Shown piece by piece: positions 33,673 to 42,752 of a DNA stretch of 64,000 bases; position 1 is the stretch's first letter, and every line of letters begins with the position of its first letter. Position numbers and translations under genes: made by a program. This DNA is from Candidatus Omnitrophota bacterium (GTDB lineage: Bacteria; Omnitrophota; Gorgyraeia; Gygaellales; Profunditerraquicolaceae), in NCBI GenBank assembly GCA_003598025.1, contig QZKH01000009.1:896-64895 (forward strand), in the 5' to 3' direction. Under the pieces are notes generated by a model. The model was given only the letters and a program-made list of their open reading frames with translations. It ran no database searches and had not been told where the DNA came from.

Positions 33673-34488
33673 ATGGGCAAAACCATAGTAATTTGCAATC
33701 AAAAAGGTGGCACAGGCAAAACAACATCAGCTGTTAATCTTTCGGCATGTTTTGCCATGATGGGCAAAAAGACCCTGTTAATTGACCTAGACCCTCAAGC
33801 AAACGCAACAAGCGGCCTAGGCATCAACAGGGCAGACATAAAAAAAAGCGCTTACCATATCCTTATGGAAGAATGCAGCGCAGACGAGATCAAGCTAAAA
33901 ACCTCGATATACAACCTAGAATTAATACCTTCGAATTTAGATTTAACCGGAGCAGAGATTGAACTAGTAGGAGCGCTAGGTAGGGAGCATAGGCTAAAAA
34001 AAGCATTATTAAATATTAAAAATAATCATGAATTTATAATTATAGACTCTCCGCCTTCACTTGGGTTATTGACCATAAATGCTTTATGTGCAGCTAATTC
34101 AATATTGATTCCAGTGCAATCTGAATATTTTGCTTTAGAAGGATTGTCGCAACTACTTCATACTGTTGAGCTTGTGAGAAATAATCTAAACCAAGAGCTC
34201 TATATCGAAGGCGTTTTTCTTACAATGGCAGACGTGAGGACTAATTTAAGCCGAGAAGTAATACAAGAGGTTAAGAATCATTTTAAAGATAAAGTTTACA
34301 ATACAATTATCCCGCGTAACATACGCTTAGGAGAAGCTCCAAGTTATGGCAAGCCTATTTCGTTGTATGACAAAGCTTCTATTGGCGCTCAAAAATATGA
34401 AGAATTAAGTAGGGAAATTTTAGGCCTACCCGCAACAAATAACAGATTGGACAATTTAGAAACAAACAATTCTCCAGATCGGACATAA
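33673..34488 (+). CDS. parA: Chromosome partitioning ATPase (Soj)
   Basis: NQKGGTGKTT, DLDPQANAT, DSPPSLG, PRNIRLGEAPS. Confidence 0.96.
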   Translation: MGKTIVICNQKGGTGKTTSAVNLSACFAMMGKKTLLIDLDPQANATSGLGINRADIKKSAYHILMEECSADEIKLKTSIYNLELIPSNLDLTGAEIELVGALGREHRLKKALLNIKNNHEFIIIDSPPSLGLLTINALCAANSILIPVQSEYFALEGLSQLLHTVELVRNNLNQELYIEGVFLTMADVRTNLSREVIQEVKNHFKDKVYNTIIPRNIRLGEAPSYGKPISLYDKASIGAQKYEELSREILGLPATNNRLDNLETNNSPDRT

Positions 34489-34502
34489 AAGAGGAGCTTA
34501 TT

Positions 34503-35351
34503 ATGGAAAGAAGAGCTTTAGGAAGGGGAATTAGCGCTTTAATCCCGGAACAGACAGAAGAAAAAAGCTTAAAAATTAATTTAATCAAGGTGGATAACAT
34601 AAAGCCGAATCCCTATCAGCCGAGAAAAAATTTTGATCAGGAGAGTTTAGATGAATTAATACAATCAATAAGAGAAAGAGGAGTAATCCAGCCAATTTTG
34701 GTAAGGCGTAAAGGCGATAGTTTCGAGCTTATCGCCGGCGAGAGGAGATTTAGAGCTGCCATAGCCCTTAAGCTGCAAGAAATCCCGGCGATTATTAAAG
34801 AAGCGGAAGATATTGATTCGCTGGAGCTTTCTCTGGTTGAAAACCTTCAGCGGGAAGATTTGAACCCCATCGAGGAGGCCAGGGCGTATCAGTACATGAT
34901 AGAAAAATTCCAATACACCCAAGAAAGAATCAGTGAAGTTTTAGGAAAATCCAGAGTAAGTGTGACCAATAGTTTACGTTTACTTAAGCTTCCCATAGAA
35001 GTGCAAGAAGAATTAAAAAATGGCAGGATTTCGTTTGCCCATGGAAGAGCGCTTTTAGAGTTGGATGAGCCTAATTTGCAAAGAAAAATAATGAATGATA
35101 TTATCTCTAACTCTTTGTCTGTAAGGGAGTTAGAGAACATCATAAAAAGTAAAAGGAAAACGCTTGTCAGAAAACACCCTAGCGCCAGAAATCAAGATAC
35201 CTATTTAGCCGTGATCGAAGAGCAGTTGCAGCATCATCTGGCCACAAAGGTCAATATTCTCAAAAAGAAGAAACGCGGCAAAATAATAATTGAATTCTTT
35301 TCAGATGAAGACTTAAATAGAATTATAAAAAAATTAAAAGGAGAAGTTTAA
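34503..35351 (+). CDS. parB: Chromosome partitioning protein (Spo0J)
   Basis: LGRGISALI, PNPYQPR, IAGERRFRA, ENLQREDL. Confidence 0.96.
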   Translation: MERRALGRGISALIPEQTEEKSLKINLIKVDNIKPNPYQPRKNFDQESLDELIQSIRERGVIQPILVRRKGDSFELIAGERRFRAAIALKLQEIPAIIKEAEDIDSLELSLVENLQREDLNPIEEARAYQYMIEKFQYTQERISEVLGKSRVSVTNSLRLLKLPIEVQEELKNGRISFAHGRALLELDEPNLQRKIMNDIISNSLSVRELENIIKSKRKTLVRKHPSARNQDTYLAVIEEQLQHHLATKVNILKKKKRGKIIIEFFSDEDLNRIIKKLKGEV

Positions 35352-35353
35352 AC

Positions 35354-35857
35354 ATGAACAAGGCTGTATTAATATTAATCAAGCCTGACGGATTGAAAAA
35401 GTCGCTAACGGGAAATATTCTTACAAGGCTGTCAGAGACCAAACTCGAGATTGTTGCTGCAAAAATGGTCAGGGTAAAAAGGGATTTAGCTGCGGAACAC
35501 TATAAGCATTTAAATGATAAGCCGTTTTTTGAAGAGCTGATAAAGTATTTACAGGGGGAGCTTCATAACCGCAAAAAAGTGATGGCGTTGATTTATTGGG
35601 GCAAGGACGCTATTAATAAATGCAGAGAATTGGCAGGCGCCACTAATCCCGAGGAGGCCGAGTCAACAAGTATAAGGGGATCTTACGGCAGGATAACTAC
35701 CTCCGGGCTTTATGAAAACGTTATTCATGTTTCTTCAAATGAATCTGAAGCAGAAAGAGAAATAAAACTTTGGTTTAATCCCGACGAAATAATAGTAGAT
35801 TTATATCCTTCAAAAGAAATTATTGAAAAAGAAATAAAGACAAGGGTATGGGCTTAA
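35354..35857 (+). CDS. ndk: Nucleoside diphosphate kinase
   Basis: LIKPDG, GATNP, SIRGSYG, NVIHVS. Confidence 0.92.
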   Translation: MNKAVLILIKPDGLKKSLTGNILTRLSETKLEIVAAKMVRVKRDLAAEHYKHLNDKPFFEELIKYLQGELHNRKKVMALIYWGKDAINKCRELAGATNPEEAESTSIRGSYGRITTSGLYENVIHVSSNESEAEREIKLWFNPDEIIVDLYPSKEIIEKEIKTRVWA

Positions 35858-35858
35858 T

Positions 35859-36686
35859 ATGATTACAAGCATGACAGGTTTTGGCGCGGCCGAGGCAGAT
35901 ATAGGTTTGCTGGGCAAGGTTAGGATCGAGCTGAGAAGCTCTAACCATAAATTCCTGGAAGTTTCTTTGCACCTCTCTGAAGGGTTTTTAAGCCTGGAAG
36001 ACAAATTTAAAAAAGAAATCGAATCAAAGATAAAAAGAGGGAGGGTTGTATGTGTTATGAACATGCCTGCGCATAAATCCTCGCCTGTTTCAATTAACAA
36101 AGCGCTGTTAAAAAATTATTTGGATGCGATAAGCGAAATAAAATCGCAGTTTAATATCAACGATGAGCTTAGCATAAATACCGTGATCCAGCTTCCTGGC
36201 TTATTTTCATCGGTTCCTTTTGAAGTTCCGGGACAACAGGTTTGGCCCGGGATACAGGTATTGCTGCATAAAGCAATAAACAAGATGCTTAAAGCCCGGC
36301 AGAAAGAAGGAAGGGCCTTAAATATCTTTCTTAAGAAAAGGCTTAATTTTATAGATAATCAAGTCAAGGTAATAAGGGTCAGGTTTATCAAGGTAATGAA
36401 AGATAAGACGAGGCTGGCAAAAAATACTGATGAACAGAGCAGTATTTTAAAAGAGAGCGATATATCCGAAGAGATAGAAAGGCTTTCGTTTCATGTGAAG
36501 AATTTTAAAGATAGGATTGCAAAAAATGGCCCTATGGGTAAAGAGCTGGATTTTATAGCCCAGGAGATGCAGAGGGAAGCCAATACCTTAGGGGCAAAAT
36601 CATGTAGCGTATTGATATCGGCTAAGGTAGTACAGGTTAAGAGCCAGATAGAGAAAATAAGAGAACAGCTACAAAATGTTGAGTAA
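35859..36686 (+). CDS. yicC: YicC/YloC family endoribonuclease
   Basis: SMTGFG, GKELDFIAQEMQREANTLGAK, EKIREQLQNVE. Confidence 0.93.
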   Translation: MITSMTGFGAAEADIGLLGKVRIELRSSNHKFLEVSLHLSEGFLSLEDKFKKEIESKIKRGRVVCVMNMPAHKSSPVSINKALLKNYLDAISEIKSQFNINDELSINTVIQLPGLFSSVPFEVPGQQVWPGIQVLLHKAINKMLKARQKEGRALNIFLKKRLNFIDNQVKVIRVRFIKVMKDKTRLAKNTDEQSSILKESDISEEIERLSFHVKNFKDRIAKNGPMGKELDFIAQEMQREANTLGAKSCSVLISAKVVQVKSQIEKIREQLQNVE

Positions 36687-37283
36687 GTGAAAAAAAACAG
36701 CGGTTTAATATTTGTTATCTCCGGGCCATCAGGCTCAGGTAAGACCACCCTTTTAAGCAAGCTTATAAATTCCCCTGGTCTTAAACAAGCACTAAAGAAG
36801 TCCATATCCTTTACAACCAGGCCAAGAAGGTCAAAAGAGAGGAATGGCAGGGATTACTATTTTATTACAGAGCAACAGTTTAGGGATAGATTGAGAAAGA
36901 AAAAAATTCTTGAATGGACCAAATATTTGGGTTATTATTACGCAACACCCAGCGGCATAGTAGATAAGTGTATTAAGGACGGTAAAAATATTGCTTTATG
37001 CCTGGATAAAAAAGGAGCTTTTAAGTTAAAAAAGCTCTATCCCGGCACAATTACTATTTTTGTCATGCCCCCGTCTTTGGTTTCTCTTAGGCAGAGGATC
37101 CGGGGGCGTTGTAATAAAACCAGTAATAAGGAGATATCGGGGCGGTTGAGGTTGGCAGAAAAAGAAATGATGATTGCCAAGAAATACGATTTTTGTATTA
37201 TCAATAAGGATTTAGAACAGGCTTCCAGGGAAGCTACGGGTATAATTTCAAGATTGATAACACTCAATAATATATTAAAATAG
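36687..37283 (+). CDS. gmk: Guanylate kinase
   Basis: SGPSGSGKTT, SFTTRPRR, GRDYYF. Confidence 0.95.
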   Translation: MKKNSGLIFVISGPSGSGKTTLLSKLINSPGLKQALKKSISFTTRPRRSKERNGRDYYFITEQQFRDRLRKKKILEWTKYLGYYYATPSGIVDKCIKDGKNIALCLDKKGAFKLKKLYPGTITIFVMPPSLVSLRQRIRGRCNKTSNKEISGRLRLAEKEMMIAKKYDFCIINKDLEQASREATGIISRLITLNNILK

Positions 37284-37301
37284 CTTAGGGAGGAGAGTAA
37301 T

Positions 37302-37511
37302 ATGGGTTATGTTGCTTTGGAAAGACTTTTGAATAAAACAGGCAGTTCTATATATAAACTGGTGATCTTAGCTGCAAGAAGAGCTTTAGAGATAGCCGAG
37401 GGGCAGCCTAAGCTGGTAGGCGCCGATCCATCAATGAAGCCATCCAGTATAGCTTTACATGAAATTTCTCAGGGCAAGATTGGTTATAAGACGGCAGCTT
37501 TAGCCAAGTAA
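37302..37511 (+). CDS. rpoZ: RNA polymerase omega subunit
   Basis: SIYKLVILAARRA, KPSSIALHEI; follows gmk. Confidence 0.92.
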   Translation: MGYVALERLLNKTGSSIYKLVILAARRALEIAEGQPKLVGADPSMKPSSIALHEISQGKIGYKTAALAK

Positions 37512-37517
37512 TTTAAT

Positions 37518-38060
37518 ATGAAAAAGAATATTATTTTAGGGGTGAGTGCAGGAGTGGCTATATATAAATCCTGCGATTTAATAAGGCGTCTGATAGAGGA
37601 GAATTTTTCAGTAACCGTAGTAATGACCGAGGCCGCTGAAGAATTCATTAAGCCCCTGTTATTCCAGAGCCTGTCCGGCAATAAAGTGTACAGAGGCATG
37701 TTCGATGCCCCGGAATCATGGAATATTGAGCATATTTCTCTGGCAGATACCGCTGATTTGGTTTTGATCGCGCCAGCCACAGCTAATATTATAGGCAAAA
37801 TTGCTGCGGGGATATGTGATGATCTTTTGACCTGTGTTGTTGCCGCCACAAAATCAAAAGTTGCCATTTGCCCGGCTATGAATGAGAATATGTACAATAA
37901 TATAATTGTACAAGGGAATATAAATAAATTAAAGAAAGCCGGGTATTATTTTATCGGACCTAAAAAGGGAAAACTTGCCTGCGGAAAAACCGGCTTAGGC
38001 TGTTTGGCAGAAGTTGATTTGATTGTAAAAGAGACAAAGAATTTGCTGGCCGGCAAATAA
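37518..38060 (+). CDS. coaC: Phosphopantothenoylcysteine decarboxylase (flavoprotein domain only)
   Basis: APATANIIGKIAAGICDD, CPAMN, LACGKTGLG; ends before a CoaB domain. Confidence 0.9.
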   Translation: MKKNIILGVSAGVAIYKSCDLIRRLIEENFSVTVVMTEAAEEFIKPLLFQSLSGNKVYRGMFDAPESWNIEHISLADTADLVLIAPATANIIGKIAAGICDDLLTCVVAATKSKVAICPAMNENMYNNIIVQGNINKLKKAGYYFIGPKKGKLACGKTGLGCLAEVDLIVKETKNLLAGK

Positions 38061-38100
38061 AAGCCGGGGTTTTAACCCCGGGTTATACATTTTTGTTTGC

Positions 38101-38173
38101 GGCGTGGTACCCAAGTGGTTAAGGGAGTTGTCTGCAAAACAACTATTCACCGGTTCGAGTCCGGTCCACGCCT
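38101..38173 (+). tRNA. tRNA-Cys(GCA)
   Basis: GGCGTGG...CCACGCCT, GTTGT-CTGCAAA-ACAAC, GGTTCGAGTCC. Confidence 0.95.
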
Positions 38174-38239
38174 TGAATTTTGCGCAGCAAAATTCAATTC
38201 TGAGCTCTCTGTTGGTGGGCGAAGGATATTTGCAATTTC

Positions 38240-38322
38240 GGGCAAGTGGTGGAATGGCATACACGTCAGACTTAAAATCTGATGGCCGCAAGGTCGTGAG
38301 GGTCCGACTCCCTCCTTGCCCA
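38240..38322 (+). tRNA. tRNA-Leu(TAA)
   Basis: GGGCAAG...CTTGCCCA, TCAGA-CTTAAAA-TCTGA, long variable arm; T-loop TCCGACT. Confidence 0.92.
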
Positions 38323-38415
38323 AATTAATTTGGCACTCGAGCCAGTGTCAAGAATCGTGGTAAGCGGTTTAGCGAGCTAAGTGTTTAAAAGGATGAGCAA
38401 ATTGAATAAATAACA

Positions 38416-38530
38416 GGGCTCATAGCTCAGCCCCGACGCGCATAAAAGATGGCGGTCGGGGTCCCGACTTCCGACTATCGCTTGCGTTCGATCGGAACGT
38501 CGGGATTGGTTAGATGTGTTCACTATGAGC
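38416..38530 (+). pseudogene. Duplicated tRNA-Val 5' fragment interrupted in the D-loop by a 75-bp palindromic insert
   Basis: GGGCTCATAGCTCAG [insert 38431-38505] TTGGTTAGA equals the first 24 nt of the adjacent tRNA-Val; no 3' half. Confidence 0.75.
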
Positions 38531-38546
38531 AATAGCGAAAAAATTT

Positions 38547-38620
38547 GGGCTCATAGCTCAGTTGGTTAGAGCGTTGCGTTGACATCGCAAAGGTCAGAGG
38601 TTCAAGTCCTCTTGAGCCCA
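38547..38620 (+). tRNA. tRNA-Val(GAC)
   Basis: GGGCTCA...TGAGCCCA, TTGCG-TTGACAT-CGCAA, GGTTCAAGTCC. Confidence 0.95.
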
Positions 38621-38649
38621 TTTTAAACCCAGGATTGTTAGGAGGGTGT

Positions 38650-39717
38650 ATGGCTACAAACTTAGGGCCGATACAGAAATTGCTCGATGACGATTCAATA
38701 TCAGAGATAATGATTAATGGCTACAATAAGGTTTTTGCCGAAAAAAACGGCAAGAAAGTTCTTACCAGCGTAAAATTTTCCAGCGAAGAAGAGCTGTATA
38801 AAATGGTGGACAATATTTATTCTTCTTTGGGCAAAAGGGTAGCCAAAGATGTGCCTTATGCCGATGTTTGCATGGAAGACGGAACGCGTATTAACGCAAT
38901 TATACCTCCGCTTGCAAGGTTCGGGATATCGGTTACTTTCAGAAAATTCGCCGGGAATATTAAGACACTCGAAGATTTGATAAGAAATCAGACTCTTAGC
39001 CAGAAAGCAGCGGATTTGCTGGTTGCTTGTATCAAGGGTAAAATTAACATAATTTTTTCCGGAGGTACGGCAGTAGGAAAAACCACAACCTTACAGATAC
39101 TTTCAAATTATTTCAGCGATGAGGAGAGAGTTATCACCATAGAGGATGCGGCGGAGTTAAAGATTAACCGGGCAAATTACATCTCTTTAGAAACAAGGAC
39201 CCCTGATCAAGACGGCAAAGGAGGGGTCAGTATACGCGACCTTATAAGGAATGCCTTGCGTATGGCACCGGACCGGTTGGTAATAGGGGAAGTAAGGGGG
39301 GAAGAGGCTATAGACATGATCCAAGCCATGGCAACCGGGCATACCGGCACTATTGGCATAGTCCATGGTAACTCTCCCAAAGATGTTATCTCCAGGCTTG
39401 AGACAATGGTTTTAATGTCCGGGATTAATTTGCCTCTATGGGAAGTGAGGAAATTGATAGCTTCGACGATCAACTTGATTGTGCATCAGGAAAGATCTCC
39501 GGATGGCGCAAGAAGAATAACCTACATAACGGAAGTCAGGGGCCTTGACAGGGAAGAGGTTATACTGAACGATCTTTTTACTTTTCATTTCGAAAAAATT
39601 TCTGAAGACGGTAAGGTTATAGGAGTTCTTAAACCTTCAATTAAGTATTACCCGTTGTTCTTTCAGAAATTCCAGAAACTCAACCTGCTTGGCGACCATA
39701 TATTTGTAAAAGACTAA
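38650..39717 (+). CDS. cpaF: CpaF/TadA family secretion ATPase
   Basis: SEIMING, SGGTAVGKTT, TIEDAAEL, RNALRMAPDRLVIGEVRG, AMATGH. Confidence 0.9.
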   Translation: MATNLGPIQKLLDDDSISEIMINGYNKVFAEKNGKKVLTSVKFSSEEELYKMVDNIYSSLGKRVAKDVPYADVCMEDGTRINAIIPPLARFGISVTFRKFAGNIKTLEDLIRNQTLSQKAADLLVACIKGKINIIFSGGTAVGKTTTLQILSNYFSDEERVITIEDAAELKINRANYISLETRTPDQDGKGGVSIRDLIRNALRMAPDRLVIGEVRGEEAIDMIQAMATGHTGTIGIVHGNSPKDVISRLETMVLMSGINLPLWEVRKLIASTINLIVHQERSPDGARRITYITEVRGLDREEVILNDLFTFHFEKISEDGKVIGVLKPSIKYYPLFFQKFQKLNLLGDHIFVKD

Positions 39718-41435
39718 TGGATATTGATATTTTAAGACATAGCTGTTCTCATGTGCTGGCTCAGGCTGTAAAAGAACTCTGGCCGGAGGCAAAACTTGGT
39801 ATCGGCCCGTCGATAGAAGACGGGTTCTATTACGATTTTGATAAAAAAGAGCCCTTTAGAGATGAGGACCTGCCAGTGATAGAAAAAAAGATGGCAGAGA
39901 TAATAAACAGGAACGAGCCTTTTAATAGAGAGGATCTGACAAAAGAAGAAGCAAAAAAAATATTCCTGTCCAGGCACGAAGATTATAAAATAAAGCTTAT
40001 CGAAGAGATACCCGAAGACAGGGTTTCTATTTATAAGACGGGAAACGGTTTCATAGATTTATGCCGGGGTCCGCATGTTGGTTCAACAGGCCAGATCAAA
40101 GCATTTAAGCTGCTTTCGCTTGCGGGCGCATATTGGCATGGGATCGAAACTAATCCCATGTTGCAGAGGATATACGGAACATGCTTTGAAACAGATACGC
40201 AGTTAGCCGAATACCTGGATAATCTTGAAGAGGCAAAAAAGAGGGACCACAGAAAACTCGGGCCGGCTTTAGGGTTCTTTGATATTTATCAGGAAGATGC
40301 TGGCGCAGGCCTTGTTTTTTATCATCCGAAGGGCGCCTTGCTTAGGATGCTTATAGAGGACTACGAGAAGAAAGAGCATTTAAAACGCGGCTATCAGATT
40401 GTCACTACGCCACATATAATGCAAGCTTCGCTTTGGCAGAAATCCGGGCACTATGATTATTATAAGGATAATATGTATACACTGGATATCGAGGGCAAGG
40501 AGTTCGTTTTAAAACCCATGAATTGCCCGGGACATATCCTTATTTATAAATCAAAAACCAGAAGTTACAGAGATTTGCCTATACGCCTTTTTGAGCTCGG
40601 TACGGTATACAGGCATGAAAAAGCAGGCGTTTTGCACGGCTTACTCAGGGTAAGGGGTTTTACCCAGGATGATGCGCATATATTTTGCAGGCAGGAACAG
40701 TTGAAAGATGAAATAAAAAGCGTGATAGATTTTATTTTTGATACCATGAAAGTTTTTGGCTTTGATTCCGTAGGTATAGAGTTAAGCACCAGGCCAAGTG
40801 AATATATAGGCAGCGAGGATGATTGGCAGAGGGCTACTGTAGCACTTGAGGATTCCCTTAAAGAAAAGGGCCTTAAATATGATATAAATGAAGGAGAAGG
40901 CGCGTTTTACGGACCAAAGATTGACATAAAATTAAAGGATGCGCTTAAAAGATCCTGGCAGTGCGCGACTATCCAATGCGATTTTGCTTTACCAAAGAGA
41001 TTTGACCTGTCTTATATAGATGTTGACGGGAAGGAAAAACAGCCGATAATGTTACATAGGGTGCTTTTAGGAAGCGTAGAGCGTTTTACAGGCGCGCTTC
41101 TGGAGCACTACAAGGGAGATCTGCCTCTTTGGCTGGCTCCTGTGCAGGCGCTGGTTGTCCCGATAAAGGATTCCAATATCGAGTATTGCATGAAGATAAA
41201 AGATGCACTTAATCAGCATTCTATAAGGGCAGATATAGATCCGCGCAATGAAACCCTGGATAAGAAAATACGCTCGGCAGAATTGGATAAAGTGCCGTAT
41301 ATACTTATTGTGGGCTCTAGAGAGGAAAAGCAACAGAGTGTTTCTGTCAGGAAAAGGCTGGAAGGCGATTTAGGCAGCATGCCCCTTAATGTATTTATTG
41401 AGAAAACAAAGAAACAAATCATAGAGCGCAGATAG
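39717..41435 (+). CDS. thrS: Threonine-tRNA ligase (no N-terminal TGS domain)
   Basis: RHSCSH, DLCRGPH, KPMNCPGH, GAFYGPK. Confidence 0.97.
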   Translation: MDIDILRHSCSHVLAQAVKELWPEAKLGIGPSIEDGFYYDFDKKEPFRDEDLPVIEKKMAEIINRNEPFNREDLTKEEAKKIFLSRHEDYKIKLIEEIPEDRVSIYKTGNGFIDLCRGPHVGSTGQIKAFKLLSLAGAYWHGIETNPMLQRIYGTCFETDTQLAEYLDNLEEAKKRDHRKLGPALGFFDIYQEDAGAGLVFYHPKGALLRMLIEDYEKKEHLKRGYQIVTTPHIMQASLWQKSGHYDYYKDNMYTLDIEGKEFVLKPMNCPGHILIYKSKTRSYRDLPIRLFELGTVYRHEKAGVLHGLLRVRGFTQDDAHIFCRQEQLKDEIKSVIDFIFDTMKVFGFDSVGIELSTRPSEYIGSEDDWQRATVALEDSLKEKGLKYDINEGEGAFYGPKIDIKLKDALKRSWQCATIQCDFALPKRFDLSYIDVDGKEKQPIMLHRVLLGSVERFTGALLEHYKGDLPLWLAPVQALVVPIKDSNIEYCMKIKDALNQHSIRADIDPRNETLDKKIRSAELDKVPYILIVGSREEKQQSVSVRKRLEGDLGSMPLNVFIEKTKKQIIERR

Positions 41436-41545
41436 CACAAATATGTTAGAATTAAGTAAAAAATAACAAATAAATCAGGCTTACGGAGCTGAGATCTGAA
41501 ATTTTAGATATTAGTTCTTTAAGCCCGGTTATTAAAAAGAAAGGG

Positions 41546-42061
41546 GTGGTTAAAATAAAAAAATTTATTAGGATTAACGAGCGGATTAGGTCTCCCCAGG
41601 TGCGTCTAATAGGGCCGGATGGCGGTCAGTTAGGGGTGTTGCCGATTCAGAAGGCGATGGAAGCTGCAAACCAGCACGAACTGGATCTGGTAGAAGTCGC
41701 TCCTTCGGCTAACCCGCCGGTCTGCCGTATTATAGATTTTAGCAAGTTTAAGTATGATCAGGAGAAAAAGGAACGCGAAGCCAAGAAACATCATAAACAT
41801 GGCAAGATCAAAGAGATCAGGCTTAAACCTAATATAGATGAACACGACTATCAGACTAAATTAAAGCAGAGCATAACCTTCCTGCAAAGAAAAGATAAAG
41901 TAAAAATCAATCTTTTTTTCAGAGGACGTCAGATGGAGCACATGGACTTAGGAAGAAAAATATTAGACAGGTTTATCAGTGACATGCAGAATGAAGGCCA
42001 GGTAGAGAAAGAGCCGGCCCTTGAGGGAAGGGTTATGTCTTTTGTTATCGCCCCAAAATAA
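41546..42061 (+). CDS. infC: Translation initiation factor IF-3
   Basis: INERIR, DLVEVAP, PPVCRI, FRGRQ; true start possibly ATA at 41555. Confidence 0.96.
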   Translation: MVKIKKFIRINERIRSPQVRLIGPDGGQLGVLPIQKAMEAANQHELDLVEVAPSANPPVCRIIDFSKFKYDQEKKEREAKKHHKHGKIKEIRLKPNIDEHDYQTKLKQSITFLQRKDKVKINLFFRGRQMEHMDLGRKILDRFISDMQNEGQVEKEPALEGRVMSFVIAPK

Positions 42062-42136
42062 TTTTCATAGGCCGGAGCTTAAATACTTTTCGGCCGTGAA
42101 TGAATAAGTAATACCTTAAGATATAAAGGAGAACAA

Positions 42137-42334
42137 ATGTTAAAGACAAAAAAAGGAGTATCTAAAAGGTTCAGGTTAACTAAAAAAGGTAAGCTGAAAT
42201 TCTCTTCGCAGGGAAAAAGCCACCTTCTTTCAAGCAAAAGCCCGAAAAGATTAAGGAAGCTGCGCAAGGCATCCCAATTTAAGAAGGCCAAAGAGAAGAA
42301 ATTTATCAAGCAAATGCTTCCTTTTGGAAGATAA
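42137..42334 (+). CDS. rpmI: 50S ribosomal protein L35
   Basis: KTKKGVSKRFRLT, SHLL; synteny infC-rpmI-rplT. Confidence 0.94.
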   Translation: MLKTKKGVSKRFRLTKKGKLKFSSQGKSHLLSSKSPKRLRKLRKASQFKKAKEKKFIKQMLPFGR

Positions 42335-42377
42335 CAGAGTGTAAGCACCAAAAATTTAAGAATGGAGTGAGAAAAAT

Positions 42378-42731
42378 ATGGCAAAAGTCAAACACAGTGT
42401 TGCAACAAGAAGAAGAAAAAAGAGAGTATTGAAGCGGACTAAAGGCTATTGGGGCGACAGGAGCAAGCAATATCAGCAAGCCAGCAGGTCTTTGATGCAC
42501 GCGTTAGTTTATGCATACAGGGACAGGAAAGTAAAGAAAAGAAATTTCCGCAGTCTTTGGATAGCCAGGGTTAACGCAGCATGCCGGCTTTCAGGGATAA
42601 CATACAGCAGGTTTATGGACGGATTAAAAAAAGCAAAGATCAACTTAGACAGAAAAATCCTTGCTGATCTGGCGATTAAAGATATAAAGGCCTTCAAAAA
42701 ATTAGTAGATTTGGCCAAGGGTAAAAAATAA
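42378..42731 (+). CDS. rplT: 50S ribosomal protein L20
   Basis: KGYWG, YAYRDRK, FRSLWIARVNAA, LDRKILADLA. Confidence 0.97.
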   Translation: MAKVKHSVATRRRKKRVLKRTKGYWGDRSKQYQQASRSLMHALVYAYRDRKVKKRNFRSLWIARVNAACRLSGITYSRFMDGLKKAKINLDRKILADLAIKDIKAFKKLVDLAKGKK

Positions 42732-42752
42732 CCGATTTACCGAGGGATAGAT

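Noticed and set aside
38097-38328. Short ORFs 38097-38282, 38104-38328 and 37995-38291
   Set aside because: They overlap tRNA-Cys and tRNA-Leu.
38416-38530. Prophage/ICE att site or intron-containing functional tRNA
   Set aside because: The duplicated part is the 5' end, no integrase is nearby, and no anticodon or T arm follows.
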